Source: Tubulanus polymorphus
Taxonomy: Eukaryota > Animalia > Nemertea
Assembly: GCF_964204645.1 (NCBI RefSeq)
Contig: NC_134025.1
Span: 13,578,001 to 13,642,000, forward strand
Reading direction: 5' to 3'
DNA: 64,000 bases
The notes under the pieces are model-generated. The model did no database searches, was not told the origin of the DNA, and was given only the letters and a program-made list of their open reading frames with translations. The translations under genes were made by a program, and so were the position numbers. This document shows, piece after piece, positions 39,839 to 52,526 of the stretch (position 1 is its first letter; each line of letters begins with the position of its first letter).

Positions 39839-40189
39839 AATGCTCACATAAAAAAAGTACCCTGATTTTTTATGAATTGGCTCGATGCCAAGCTCATGCA
39901 ACTGACAAAGGTAAACCAAAAATTCACGAAAGAGTTTCAGATAAACTGCTCAGTCTCCCAGCAAAATGCACTGGTCAATTCAATTTCAACTGAAATTGTA
40001 TGCCATATATCCTTACTTTATGTAGTAAAGCAATTTCAAAGCAATAGAACGACTAAAAAATTTATTTCTCCACTCATTTACCCACTTTTCCACCGATATG
40101 TCGGAAGGCTGGATGCAAGAGGTTTCATTGGGGTAAAATTTCAGGCCTCAGAAAATTGTTACCTATGTATTTGACACTGATATATTATA

Positions 40190-40654
40190 TACCATGGTGT
40201 TGATAACCTTTGGGCTTAATAATAAGACAAATAAATTGGATATATGTGACCTTGAGGACGGACAGTTTCTGGTTCTTCTTTATTGTTATTGGTGCCCGTT
40301 GCCATGACAACCGTATCAAAATCATTGCCGGCACTAAACCTATTTTCTGACTAAGTCTCATCATCTGAACTGCACTGTCATATTCGTTGTTACTCTCAAT
40401 TTGTTCACTACCAAATTCCAAGTCACCAGCATCACTGTCAGCATCATATACGAGCTGCTGAACCGGTTCATCCAGCCAAATTAGTTTTTTCCTGGCTACC
40501 GCCATCTTGGATTTTATGCAGATGGCAGCACCGGCTGATACTGATAGATATGCCCTTCTAGGAGAAGGGTTAAGCAATATCGTATCACATACAGTACAGG
40601 TATGCTAGCTTGCCAATTTGTACCGTATACCATACGGTAGTGGTATTGTAAGGG
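40190..40654 (-). mobile_element. 5' end of a piggyBac-like transposon with a transposase N-terminal stub
   Basis: Minus strand begins TTAA|CCCTTAC with a subterminal palindrome TACCGTAT..ATACGGTA. ATG at 40505 (AAGATGGCGG context) gives acidic MAVARKKLIWLDEPVQQLVYDADSDAGDLEFGSEQIESNNEYDS. The left boundary is uncertain. Confidence 0.5.
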
Positions 40655-41109
40655 TTAAAAAACATTATCCAAGAAAACTGCCATACATTGCATGAGATAT
40701 GTCTCACTCACACAGCATACTTAAATACGAAGAAAGATACTAAAATGCAGTTTCACGGCATGTTTCAATGCTTGAACATGTTTCTATCGAGACTGATGAT
40801 TATCATTCCGAACTTTAGCGCAATCACCTTCATACTTTTGTTAATCGGTCGCCAGTGGGCTGTAAAAATATCCATTGACAACCTCAAGCAGTGTGAGGAA
40901 TACTCAATGAGAGTGTGTTCATTTTTTAGCAGATAGATAACTGTTGCAGGTCTACTAAATCTCTGCATAATTCATCTAAAATATGAATGATTTTACAATT
41001 GAAAAAGGAAAACTCATGATATAACTGAAGCAACAAATTGCCTTCAAATTTTTTTTGGTCCTTTTTCAATAAGGTCTTCCTTAAGGCTCTGGAGACCTGT
41101 CCAAACAAA

Positions 41110-41198
41110 ACGAGGCAAATCCGCGAACGATCCCAGCCTGGAATTCACCACCACATATGAGTGAAGTTACAAGGATTGTGGTGAATGCGTCGGAAATA
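41110..41198 (-). mobile_element. HINE relative of 13791-14550, left piece (interrupted by DIRS)
   Basis: CCCAGCCTGGAATTCACCACCAC...GTGAAGTTACAAGGATTGTGGTGAATGCGTCGGAAATA matches 13818-13880. Confidence 0.7.
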
Positions 41199-44100
41199 TT
41201 TCATTTTTCTATTGATCTGTACTGACATAATAGCCAAGACGACTGGCACCTGCCATATAAACGACTTTGAGAGTAAGCCCACCATCAGCTGGCGCCACCT
41301 ACCATCTTTGTTTTAAACAGACTCAAGATAGCGGGGATGGCTGGGAGGGTATATTCGGTATGTCAGTACAGGTAAGTCTTTTTAGGGAATACAATTTTTC
41401 AATAGAAAAATTAAATATTCCCATCAAAAAACATTCCCTGTACTGACAAAATAGCCAGAATACCATAGTAAAGGACGGCTGGGAATCTCAAAGTCGCTGA
41501 CCAACCAAGGTCTAAATTCACTAACGATTAATCAACGAATAAAATACAGAAAGACACTCATACTTCTCGACAGTGCGTGACGGAGAAGGCCTCCAATCTA
41601 AATGCATATACAAGCATATCCATACCGTTATATACACCAATACCTATATACATATACACCCACATGTAGAATTGTATCGTATACCCACACAAACCTACAG
41701 CTACATGTGCGTGTGGCCCTACCCCAACTCAGGTGAAATAGAGTTCAATACCCCGTTCGAACTTGAATGAACAAACACCTGAGAACTGGAGCTAGAACCA
41801 GGACTGAGATTGAAAGCATATAGGTTCCGTAATGGAAAAAACTAAACCTGCGATTAGGTTCATAACAAACCTACAGCTGTGTCTCAATCCCCAGAACCAG
41901 GCTAAAAGGAACTCTGAGGACTGTATAATCCAACGGTTGATGGGTTATCTCAGCCCTTGAGCTAAAAACCCCAGGATCAACCGCCGAGAGACTAACCAAC
42001 TGACCCGAAATGTCCTTCAGATACATTATTTCTGTCAAATTGCATATACATAAAGTAGCAGACTGGTACCCTTTAATTGTAACCACTAAACTGTCTGGTT
42101 GAACAGAAAATGAAAGTAGTCCGATAGCTTCGCTACCAAGGGATGGAGAAGATCCACCGTCTCCCAGAGCGACAAAAATTCCATCTTTACTATACTGTCC
42201 CTGTCGAGTCTCTTAATGCTAGAATTCCCTGTGATAACCCTGACAGAAAAAACAGAAAATATCACAGTTTATCGACCTGGTTAAAAACCACACCTGAGCT
42301 GTCCAGTATCAAGCCACGGGGACCAATTCGCAGATGTGCACATCCTCCATCCTCTCAAACACACAGTCTATCTGGGAATAGGGGAAGCCTAATTAATGAG
42401 GACGTTTTCCATCCTAGAGAGTGCCTCCACGGCCAAAGCCCTGCAGTCTGGAAATTGGCAGACAAACCATGGGCACCTGGTGGCCAACAGATCCAGATTG
42501 GTCCAGCCTACCAATGATCAGACTCGATACACGACTGGCTAAGGCAATGTCCACCTATGGAAATGGGCTAGTCCTGTTGAAGAAAATGACAGGCCACCTA
42601 GTTAAATGGAATACTGATAGCAAGATCCCCAGCGCCTGGACCCACAGAAGGATCTCTGAGGTGAACAGTGACGTCCGAGATCTTGTTCCTCCCTGATTCA
42701 AGAGGTAGACCCTGAATGCCGAATTGTCTGGTGGGAGACGCCTTTAATTGGGCCCCCATCCGCAACGACTGGGGTCTGTGAATGGGTGAATTGGCGCCTG
42801 GGTGGGGCTAGGGTCGTGTCCCTTAGGAGATTGACATCCAGAGTCCACAACGTGAAGCCCGCCACTAGGGCCGGGGAAGGAACTATGAGTAGACCGTTCC
42901 AACATTGACTTAAGTTACACGCGCCTGACATCGTTCATTGTGCATCCATGCCAAACAGGTCGCCACCGACCACCACTGGGGTGTCCTGTGGGTGTGCGCG
43001 TATGCGAGATCATGACGCTCGTCTGACGGATCGCGCTTGGAGGCCGACAGGCTCAAGCACGTGACCGGATCTGACGGGACAAAGAAAGGTTACGAACCAG
43101 AGCCCATCGCACGTCTGGCCGGCCTGCCATACCCTCGACGCCGCGGAGCATGCTTAATAATGTTATGTCACTTCCTGAGACATCCAGGTAAATAAAAGTA
43201 CTCTGAGACAGGAGACGGCATTGGGCGAGTCTCACCAACCGAGGCTGCTAAGGTCCGAATGGTAGGGCAATGAATTTATATGCCCCTCCCACCAGTTCAC
43301 CGGGAGAAATTTGCGGGACCGAGGGTGCACAAGGCCTGGAAGTGAGTGTCCTTTAAACCGGCTGCCCATTGGCCGGGTTTCTGACCTTGTATCACCTCCT
43401 TGGGCGGGGACATCTTGAACGTTGAAACCTTCCAGGAAATCGTTCAAGGCGAAAGATCGATCAATACACAATGGTATCCCTTCTAGGGCCTGTTCCACCA
43501 CAGTTCTTCCACCATTGGGAAGATATGGTTCTCCTTCCCGATTCTGGACCTCATATCCAGGGAATCTCGACCCCATCATGGTTCCTTTGAAAGCTGATAT
43601 CGCCAGAGAGTCCTGCTCTCCAAAACGTTGTACCAGTGGTAGGGGTAGACCTGTAGGCATGCTCCCTCTGATGACTTCCATGCTGGTGCCGTAAAAAGAC
43701 CCATCTTAATTGAATAAGCTAGTTTGGAATCTATAAGAAACCTATGCCTGGCCAAAGGGGCTAAATATATGCCTGAAGCCTCGATATCAAATACACAGCC
43801 CGGAAGACTCTATTTTTAATTTGACACAGTGACTCCCCTAAACCTTGCATGGCTATATTAGCGGGTTTTGGGATATAGCAAGCCAAGGGCAGTTGGCAAG
43901 CAACAGCTGACCTACATCTGTGTGGCTTAAACCCGCGGTGGAGTTAACATAATAAACCGGTTTAACACAGAAAATTGGATCCTGAGGCATGAAAAAAATT
44001 TAAATTTCTTAATGCCCGATTCCTTTGCGGCTGAAGTTCAAGCTTCGGAAGTCCACGTTGCTTGGGCATCTCGTCACTTGTACCCGATGGTGACGACGAG

Positions 44101-44335
44101 AAGCCCCTCAAGCTAAACCCGAAGTAAGTACCCGAAATATCGGTTCTTCGTTTGGCATGATCCAAAGAATTTCCTCTATTTTTGGAGGGTTTGTTATTGA
44201 AATTGTTGCCTATTGACAAATGACACCCCTGCTCCTCATCCTCCTCTTCAGAAGCAGGGATACTCCTTGCTCCGAGGATTTGAGCCCAGAGCGAATTCAA
44301 CTCCGTCTCTAAAAAAACCTTGACATAATTCACTT
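41198..44335 (-). mobile_element. Decayed DIRS1-type tyrosine-recombinase retrotransposon (RT, RNase H, MT-like, YR, ICR, ITR)
   Basis: Minus-strand motifs across frameshifts. RT (~43190-43480): LNDFL/FKM..PGQWA/LKD.HF/HPRSRKFL/YKFIALPFG/IYLD. RNase H (~42590-42800): FTDPS..GWG, DN...YL.NQGGTRS. MT-like (~42370-42500): DLLATR...FPDCRALAVEALS. YR (~41560-42230): RDSTGTV...RW, LSDYFHFLF, TIKGYQSA. ITR/ICR architecture at 41198-41460. Confidence 0.9.
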
Positions 44336-44515
44336 CGACCCAATTTTAAATAGGGTTCTACTCAAAGCAATGCCCTACTGTTTACTAAGTTTGAAATCAT
44401 TTGGTCGACAAATGCAGCCTTTCGTGTGTTATCATCATTTTCCATGTCACCCCCTGGTGGCTATAATCAGAATCAGATTGATTAGAATAATTAGGGTTCT
44501 GCCCCGAGTTTGAAA
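44335..44515 (-). mobile_element. HINE relative of 13791-14550, right piece (one degenerate 145-bp unit)
   Basis: TCGACCCAATTTTAAATAGGGTTCTAC...AAGTTTGAAA...CCCCTGGTGGCTATAAT matches the 145-bp unit at 14070-14450. Confidence 0.7.
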
Positions 44516-45380
44516 CAAGAAAGAAATTCTAAAAATGGGCTTCCTGACATGCTTGTATATTCATGTTACATGAAATATCATACACCCGCGCCCAGTCAAA
44601 CTGGTTAATTCAATTCAATTCAGAATTTATTTAACAGAAAAGCGATTTTTAGTTTTAGATTAACTGAAAATGTATAAATGTTCATACAAAGATTTTTGAT
44701 ATACGAAAGGAACCTAGATTTTATAACTGCAATAAATGTGTGTAAATATCATAGCCCTAGAAAGTTTCTATTGAAAGTTATCGACTCCCCAAGCAAGTTA
44801 TCAATCTGTGTGATTGCAATATGGGCTTGCAAGCCCGCAAGCCCATGAAAAATCAGTTGACAATTACAGCCTGTACGAAAATTATACTTCATAACCTTAG
44901 CTTCATTGACCACCAACCTACCCCGGCGCTCTTGTTCATTTTCCCAAATTGTCTGGAATTTGCGATTTTCTCGAAGACTTAAAGACAAGCCTTTTTTAGC
45001 CTTTCTGTAACTCTATTTTACAATTCAACCCTATCTCAACTTTAGAGCAATTTGAAGAGATATATGGAAGCATCTTTGTTTTCATAAGTGGTGGATGCCT
45101 ATTTCACATTTGTCATATGAGCTCCAGTTCTGATTTCAATGATTCTACGCAGCAGTGGGATGAAATGCTGGGGCCTTTTAGGGAGATATCAAAAGGATAG
45201 TCTCAGTTGGAACAGTTGCTCAGGCACAACGCATATTTCACTGCAAATAAATTTGCGGCGAAATTCGTAGGGAATTCAGTCAGGTGGGTACATTATGCGA
45301 TCTATTGCGAGCAACTTCATGCAGTTGATAGTCATGTGATCATAAGACACATTTTGTTTCATGCTTAACCATGAGGTTAA

Positions 45381-45803
45381 AGGCCCGAACATGCTATGCG
45401 ATCTTATTCGCACAGTGTCTACGATTACAGATTTGGCAGCAAAATTGGCATAGTGTGTTCGGTCGGCTGCTGGCGATCTTCGCGTGCGATCCGTCGCATG
45501 CGAAAATCGCACTGATCAAACATGTTTGATATTTTCGCGGGGAATTTTTTCACAGCCAATGTTTTCGCACAGTGTGTCCGTGAGAAACGAATTTCGCTGC
45601 GAACCACTTGAAATCGAACCAATCAATGACGAGCAACAACAACAACAATTTTAAGTTTCCTGGATGCCGCCATCTGTTTGATCACATGACCACGAACTCC
45701 GCATGAGGTCGCTAACAGCTGATCGCATAGGTGTGTCCACTCTGCGCTGTGCGATAAATTCACTGCGAAATTCGCCGCGAAAATCACATTGTGTGTTCAG
45801 GGC
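45381..45803. mobile_element. Harbinger-like MITE
   Basis: Imperfect TIRs AGGCCCGAACATGCTATGCGAT / ATCACATTGTGTGTTCAGGGCT, with CG-rich TCGC/GCGA subterminal motifs. Confidence 0.5.
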
Positions 45804-45891
45804 TGAACTGAAAAAATACAATATGTTTAGTCCAGTGTGTGAACCGATTTGCTCAAACTGGCACATTTGTTCAGTAATACGTAAGACTTAA

Positions 45892-46132
45892 CCCTTTCAG
45901 TGCTGACTAATCAATACCCTATAGTGCTGGAGATAATTTGAAAATTTTGAAAAATTCCGCCCTTAGTGTGTTAAATAACGGGAATACCACTATAGTGTGT
46001 CTACACTATAGTGTGTCTTTCAATAGAGATAAAATCTAATTACTAATTACACCAATACACCGCAGTGCGGTGTACTAGCAAAATCCATCAGCGATTCATA
46101 CACCGCACTGCGGTGTATACGTACTGAAAGGG
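45892..46132. mobile_element. piggyBac-type MITE (241 bp)
   Basis: TTAA|CCCTTTCAGT...ACTGAAAGGG|TTAA. Internal palindromes TACACCGCA(G/C)TGCGGTGTA (twice) and ACTATAGTGT..ACACTATAGT. Confidence 0.9.
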
Positions 46133-47755
46133 TTAATTTGGGTAAACGGGGCAAATAAGTCGACCGTGGTTTACTGGGAGTATTCAAACCTGGAGAACAG
46201 TTGTCATCTGCCATCTTATCTAAATCCTTGCATTAAATTCAGTTGAACGAACGAACCCATTTTAGAAGCCTTTAAACCAAGTTCACAAAAATCCATTATG
46301 GCTGTTCTACACAAATACCCCTTAGATAGCAGCATCCAGAAAAACGAGTCAATCACAATTATTCAAAGCTCACGAGCGATTGGCTCAACTTCCTATGGTT
46401 TGCATTGAAAATCGCATCTTACGGACACACTACACAAAAATATCAAACACGTTTGATCGGCGCATGCTAAAATCGCCTGCAGCCGAGCAAATGCACTATA
46501 CAAATATCAGTGCAAAATCTGAATTAGCTCACAGGTCGAGAAGATACACAACATAGGCCTTAAGATGAATACCTACTGCAAGAAATTTCACAATAATTCC
46601 AACCAAAGATCTGAAGCTCTTGAGTAAATGAGTATATATTTCGAGCAACATTTTGACTCTTAAGTCACAGAGAAGGAAAATTTTGGAAGCTCTGTCTTGG
46701 TCTGCAAAAAAGATGATCCACTCCATGGCAAGCACGGTCTATCACTGAATCGCAGTTGCTGATGTACTCAATGTTTCGAAACACAGTGATCTCATCATGC
46801 TCCACAGTGAAGGCCAATAAACCACTGCCAACTAGGATCCTTCACGATAGAACTAGAGCTCTAAAAATCGAAGTAATTACCATAAAATCAACTTTGTAAT
46901 TAATTAACGCATTACTATGAAATTAATTAGCATAAAAGCCACTATTACTGCATTGAAATTTGACCACTTTAAGTAATTTACTCATCAAAAGTTATTCTGC
47001 ATTCGTCATCAGAAATCAGTAAATTGATGATAATATGGACTTCACAAACACCCTAAGCCATAGAAATTAACGCTATTTGTCCATGGGTCAATGTTTATGC
47101 CTTGTTGACAGATGTTACTTATTCATTTTGCAATGAAAACTTGATAGCACTAGACCATTTGCATAGGCTAACCTACGAAAATCTTCGATTTTAGTGGAAA
47201 ACTGGAAAGTATAAGAAAAATATAGCTTCTAATACAAATTAAACAAGACAATTAAACAAACATGTATGTATCATTTATCAATCTGAGATGAAATAACTAT
47301 CCTTATTTTCCCCATCTGTAACTGTCATCTAGTTTTTAGCATGGCTTACAGACATAACGACAAAGCAATTGAACACACCATCCCAGCAATTGGCTTCTTC
47401 CTTCAACCAGAAGCATGTATTTGATAACAATAAGATTCGCACCCATAAAAAATAGCTCAATCACAACAAATAAGTCTTCATCAGCAATATCAAGGAGTCA
47501 GAAATCTACGAAATAGACAATGAAATTGGATCACAGCATACTTCCCAACTCAACCAATCTATCTTCATTACTATTCAATTAACTGAAACAGAAATATCTT
47601 TTACTGGGCAGTGTATGCACTGTAAATATTCACCAACAATATTGACCACTAATCAGAACTAGGGGACATGCTCAGCTACAATAATTGCATTATTCAATGC
47701 CTCTCGAAGCCAACTACAAGTATATTGAAACTTTGCACAATCACACACTGGCTTA

Positions 47756-48453
47756 AGCCGGGCGCACACTAGGTGATTTCTCGGCGATTTTGTCTCTTGT
47801 GACGAAAATCGCCTAGTGTGCAGTCACTGGCGACCATTATCGGCCGACAAATCGTTGCCGGCGACAAGATCGCTCAGAATATAGCATGCTAGATATTCAG
47901 CGACAAGATCGCCAAGGATCGGCAGCAAATCGCCTAGTGTGCGGCTACTAGCGACGCATCGCTTCGAATCCAATTAAAAACAGCCAATCAGCGCCAATAT
48001 AGAAATCATGATTCATCCTCGCTTGCCAGGGTTAGTTAGCCACCCATCGGGGCTCACATCAACACAAACCCTGGCCACAACCCTTCATAATAATGGTCTA
48101 ATACAGAGATTTCTTGGGCGGACAGTCTATACATCTAGTCAAACAGATGCATTGTATTTTTCCGGTAGGTTTGTTCTGTATAATTACCACGCATCTGATT
48201 ATAGACCGGTGGACGCGTCCGGCCGAGAAATGGCCAATGTAATAGACCATATGAAGGGTTTGCGGCCAGGGTTTGTGTTAGCCTGAGCTTGGATGGGCGG
48301 GAATCAAGCCCTGGCAAGCGAGGTTGCCTGCAATTCGGTGATAAAAATCATCTCATGTGCAGTCGCTGACGACGGACGGTGATCTCATAAAAATTGCCGA
48401 CGATTTAAAATTTTTCTATAGGCATCTAAAAATCGCCTAGTGTGCGCTCGGCT
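47756..48453. mobile_element. PIF/Harbinger-like MITE with a nested insertion
   Basis: TIRs AGCCGGGCGCACACTAGG / CCTAGTGTGCGCTCGGCT with TTA/TAA flanks. Internal repeats of AAATCGCCTAGTGTGC. Confidence 0.85.
48014..48326. mobile_element. Academ-like MITE nested in the Harbinger MITE
   Basis: TIRs CATCCTCGCTTGCCAGGG / CCCTGGCAAGCGAGGTTG, plus a second inner inverted pair AACACAAACCCTGGCCACAACCCTTCATA / TATGAAGGGTTTGCGGCCAGGGTTTGTGTT. Superfamily inferred from the YA.CCTCG terminus. Confidence 0.7.
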
Positions 48454-48578
48454 TAAAACTTAACAATTGTGGTTTTAAAATGAATATCAACAGACTTTGT
48501 TATTTCATCACTGTTCGACACTCCCTGGAGAACATTGTATCATATATGATACCGATAACTAAACATGGATGAACAGAC

Positions 48579-50140
48579 AACTAGGGGTCAAGGGCCACCA
48601 TGCCCACTTGGTGAAATGCTTAACAATCGGAGACAATATTCAATGCCCCCTGGTGAATCAATATAGTAATTAATCAATGAGCTTGAAACTCATCACAATC
48701 ACAGAGCTTGCCATGAACTGCAATTCTGCAACTGATTGTGGTTACACAAAATATGCCTAGGCACCAACATAAAGCCATTATCACACAAGTGTTTTTGACC
48801 CGGGCCAAATTTTAGCGAGGGACCAATGATTGTGTTTGAATAGCAACTGGTTCCAGAAATGACCCATTTCACTTTGAGCATTGTTTAGTATCGATTGAGT
48901 GATTAGCTTGTGAGTGCGCTCTATAATTAGGCACTGACCAAATTTGATTTTAGCTTGATGCATACCAATTTGGGCCGGGCCAAATCATCTCCCTGTGGTT
49001 GTCGCTTATGTGGAAATGACCATACTATTTTATTATTCAATGCCCCATAGTAGACATATACAAAAACCAATGACTTAGAAACTCACCATAATCATAGAGC
49101 ATGTCAAGTGCAAAATCACTACACAGTTTATGTTTTCTATAGTAGATTGTTCGCATTTATTATGATAGACAGTTCATTTTCATGATAGTTTAAACTGAAC
49201 TATTAGAAAACCAATATTGATCATGTTTGCCCAATTTGTCAATGGAAGCATACAGTTATAGTCCAATCATTGTTTGATTAAAATAGTCTTAGTAAAATAG
49301 TCTTGCCAATTACATGTATGGTAAGGTATTATAAGATAAAGTTCTTTATTACACCACAATGCTGTAGAGCAAAATTGATAGCACTGACAACAATCAACGA
49401 GTAAAGATGATCTCTGCACCCATAGGAAAAGTCATCATACTAGACAGAACATGTGGAGACATCAGTAAAAAAGAGTCTGATAAATCCCATAAACCATATT
49501 ATAAATGGTTGAATCATCCTCAGATTGCCTCCCATCCTGTAGCTCCCACATTCATAACTATCTGGTCATGACTGATGAAATGCCAGTAGGTACATATACA
49601 CTTAAGGTCAAATGTCAAATAACTGATCATAAAATCTTCTAAAAATATGGTGCCTTCCACCTGACATTTTCTATGTTATTTTTTCGTAACAAAATTAATC
49701 CACTAAATTGCTAATATCTCGAAAAGTAAACAACTTATCAAATTCCAAAAATAACATTTTCAATTTGTCGATTTGGCTGCGAAAATGTATCCATTCTATC
49801 AACTCCCACTACATTCAAGTTAAAAGTGGTTTTGAAGTAGCCTTTGGCAAATATCCATCTGAAAAGGATAAGTAGCAATTCATAGAAATATGCTCCTCAT
49901 CAAGCAGGGCAACCCCTTGAGGTCAAATCCAAATAAGAGGTCTATGGATCTTGAGACACCATCGAGAAAATCGGAAGTTCCAGACAATTTGCAAAAATGA
50001 ACAAGGTCAATTGGTCAAAAATTGTGGTCTGTGGAGGGTTCATAAGAAACCTGACGCACGCACGCACACACAGACAACAGACAGCTACTTAGACCCAGGG
50101 TACTGCATAAGCCCAACATGGTCTTCAACTGAGCGTGCTA
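48579..50140 (-). mobile_element. Probable decayed HINE-type element(s)
   Basis: AACTAGGGG-type end at 48579. An internal repeat TATTCAATGCCCC...CAATGA.CTT.AAACTCA occurs at 48637, 49033 and also 11594. (ACGC)n/ACAG microsatellite near 50055-50082. Segment 49960-50005 has an inverted copy at 44931-44975. Confidence 0.4.
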
Positions 50141-51080
50141 TTGTACAAAATTGTACCCCGTTTCATTACCAACAAGTGTGGTAGGTTTGTCAGGGACACC
50201 AATTCAAAACAAATCAGACCAAATGTTCCAACCAAATTTCGCTATATTAAGATTAAAAACGTGATTGTTCGAGATTCCGAATATCTGACATGGGGTTGAC
50301 CTGATGAGGCAAATTGTACCTTGTACCTAAGTAAATTAAACAGGCCCTTGTTTTTTCTGTTGTTCAAATAAAAGTTGTAAAATTTAATTAACAGGTATGC
50401 TATGGTGCAATTCTGAATGTATTCCTGAAGTTTACTATTAAGATGTGGTCAAACTCAAGGATACATTTCAGACCTTTCATTGTTATGGTGTTGGATTTTA
50501 TAAATTAGTGGCATTCATGCTAAACTGGCTTCGGCGATAAATTAAGTTACATTTATGATTGAATTGTATCTATACAATTTATATCAATATTTGTAAGTTT
50601 CCCGAGTTGACAATGTACCAGAAACATGTGATACAGAGCCTTCAAAAAATCAAACATGTGAATGAATATGAATTTTCAACGTAATTTCCACATGCTGCAA
50701 TGCAATCATTTTCCAGTCTGTCATTTTCATAGGTAGTCAATTTACCTCAGGGTATGTAACTTGTAATGATTAAGAATATGGATCAACCTTATGCGAGACA
50801 AGGGAACTCCTTTGTTGCTTAAGTTTCTGCTGTGCCTTCAAAATTGCACTCCATAAACTGAATCAATTCAAGATTTTACAGAAATCAAACTTGAAATGCT
50901 TATTTTAGTCATATAATGAACCCAGAAGTAAAATAGCGTAATTAAGTAAGACGATAATATCGCAGGCGTGGGTGTCATGTGAACAGATATCTGCTGTTAA
51001 CCATATTAGAGAGAAGACTTGGCTCCTTTTGATCGGCTTTGAATGGTTCCTTGAAACTTATTTCATTCCGTAAGGACTAA

Positions 51081-51580
51081 AGCCCAACGCACACGGCAAA
51101 AAATTTGTTTCGCCGAAACAGAAAACACGTTTTTCACAAAACGATTTTCGCAAAACGTTTTGCCCGCAAACGATAAAATGTCCAACGCACACGACATAAC
51201 TAAAAAATGTGCAGAAAACATTTCTTGCACCATGGAATCCATGGAGACAACAATAAACTCAGTTACTCACATCAATCTCAAAATGGCGGCGTCCATGCGA
51301 CAGCAAAAGATTTTATTAGCAATATAGTTAATTTTGCGAAATCGACGGTGTAGAAGTGTCAATCAACGTGTGTGGCAGCGTTCCTGGATTGGAAGGCGCA
51401 TAAGGCAATTCAACTACAAAAAACATTTTTCGCAAATTAAGCAATGCTTGTTTCGCGAAAAACGTTTTTTACTCGTGAAAAACGTTTTTTGCTCGCGCAA
51501 AACGTTTTTCAGTTTTGTGTTTTGTGTTTTGCCTCCAACGCACACGGCACCGTGTTTTTCGGTGCCGTGTGCGTTGGGCT
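51081..51580 (+). mobile_element. PIF/Harbinger-like MITE retaining a transposase N-terminal stub
   Basis: Perfect 18-bp TIRs AGCCCAACGCACACGGCA / TGCCGTGTGCGTTGGGCT with TAA/TTA flanks. ATG at 51283 gives MAASMRQQKILLAI*LILRNRRCRSVNQRVWQRSWIGRR, like the RR..R.W.R.W..RR start of Harbinger transposases. Confidence 0.85.
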
Positions 51581-52526
51581 TTAACTTTTGTCAAAGTGGC
51601 CTTGCGATTACGCAGCTATAAGAAGGTAATTCAAAAAAGTTGAACCCAAGCTGGTATTAAGTTGTATTAATCAGTTTTCGTAAGAACAGATCATGTCAGG
51701 ACCATGTATTCACGCACTGCTGTTTTGTGGATTTTGAAAAATACTTCAATTTTGTAGATAGAAATTTACTACTTTTAAAGATGTTAAAGATTGGTATAGG
51801 AGGGAAAATGTATTGGGTTATCCGTAGTTTATACCAAAACACAAGATGTAATATAAGAATATTGCCAGATTTTTATAGAGGTTGGTTCAATATTAAAAGT
51901 GGAGTCAGACAAGGTGACCCAATTTCTCCAACCTAGCAAGTTTATTTTTAAACGATCTTCTTAAATGCTCACAATAAAACCTTAACTACTAATGTTTTAG
52001 CCTACGCTGACTATATTGTGCTGATTGCCAACTTGGAAGAGGAGTTACAAAATTTAATTGATAAAACTTCCCAGTGGTGTAGGAAGTGGCTTCTTTCAAT
52101 TAACACAGGAAAAAATAACATCATACATTTTAGGCCACATCGGAAGAAACTAACAAATTTTGTTTTTAACTGGAATAACCAAGAAATAAACAAGGTCGAA
52201 TCTTATAAATATTTAGGTGTATATTTAGATTCCCATTTAAATTTCAAATTGCACTGTGAACGACTAGCATCTGCTGGTGGAGAAGCTCTTGGCAGAATTA
52301 TAAGTAAATTTAAACAGATGAAAAAGATTGGTTATGAAACCTGTACTAAATTATTTGAAACAGGAGTTGATTCAGTCATTAGTTATGGAGCTGAAATTTG
52401 GGGATCGAAAGGCTCCAATATGGTTGAGCGCGTTCAGTATAGAGCTTGTAGATGTTTTTTAGGAGTAAATCCGTTTACGCCATTACCTTTTCTGTATGGG
52501 GATATGGGGTGGCTACCATGTAATAT

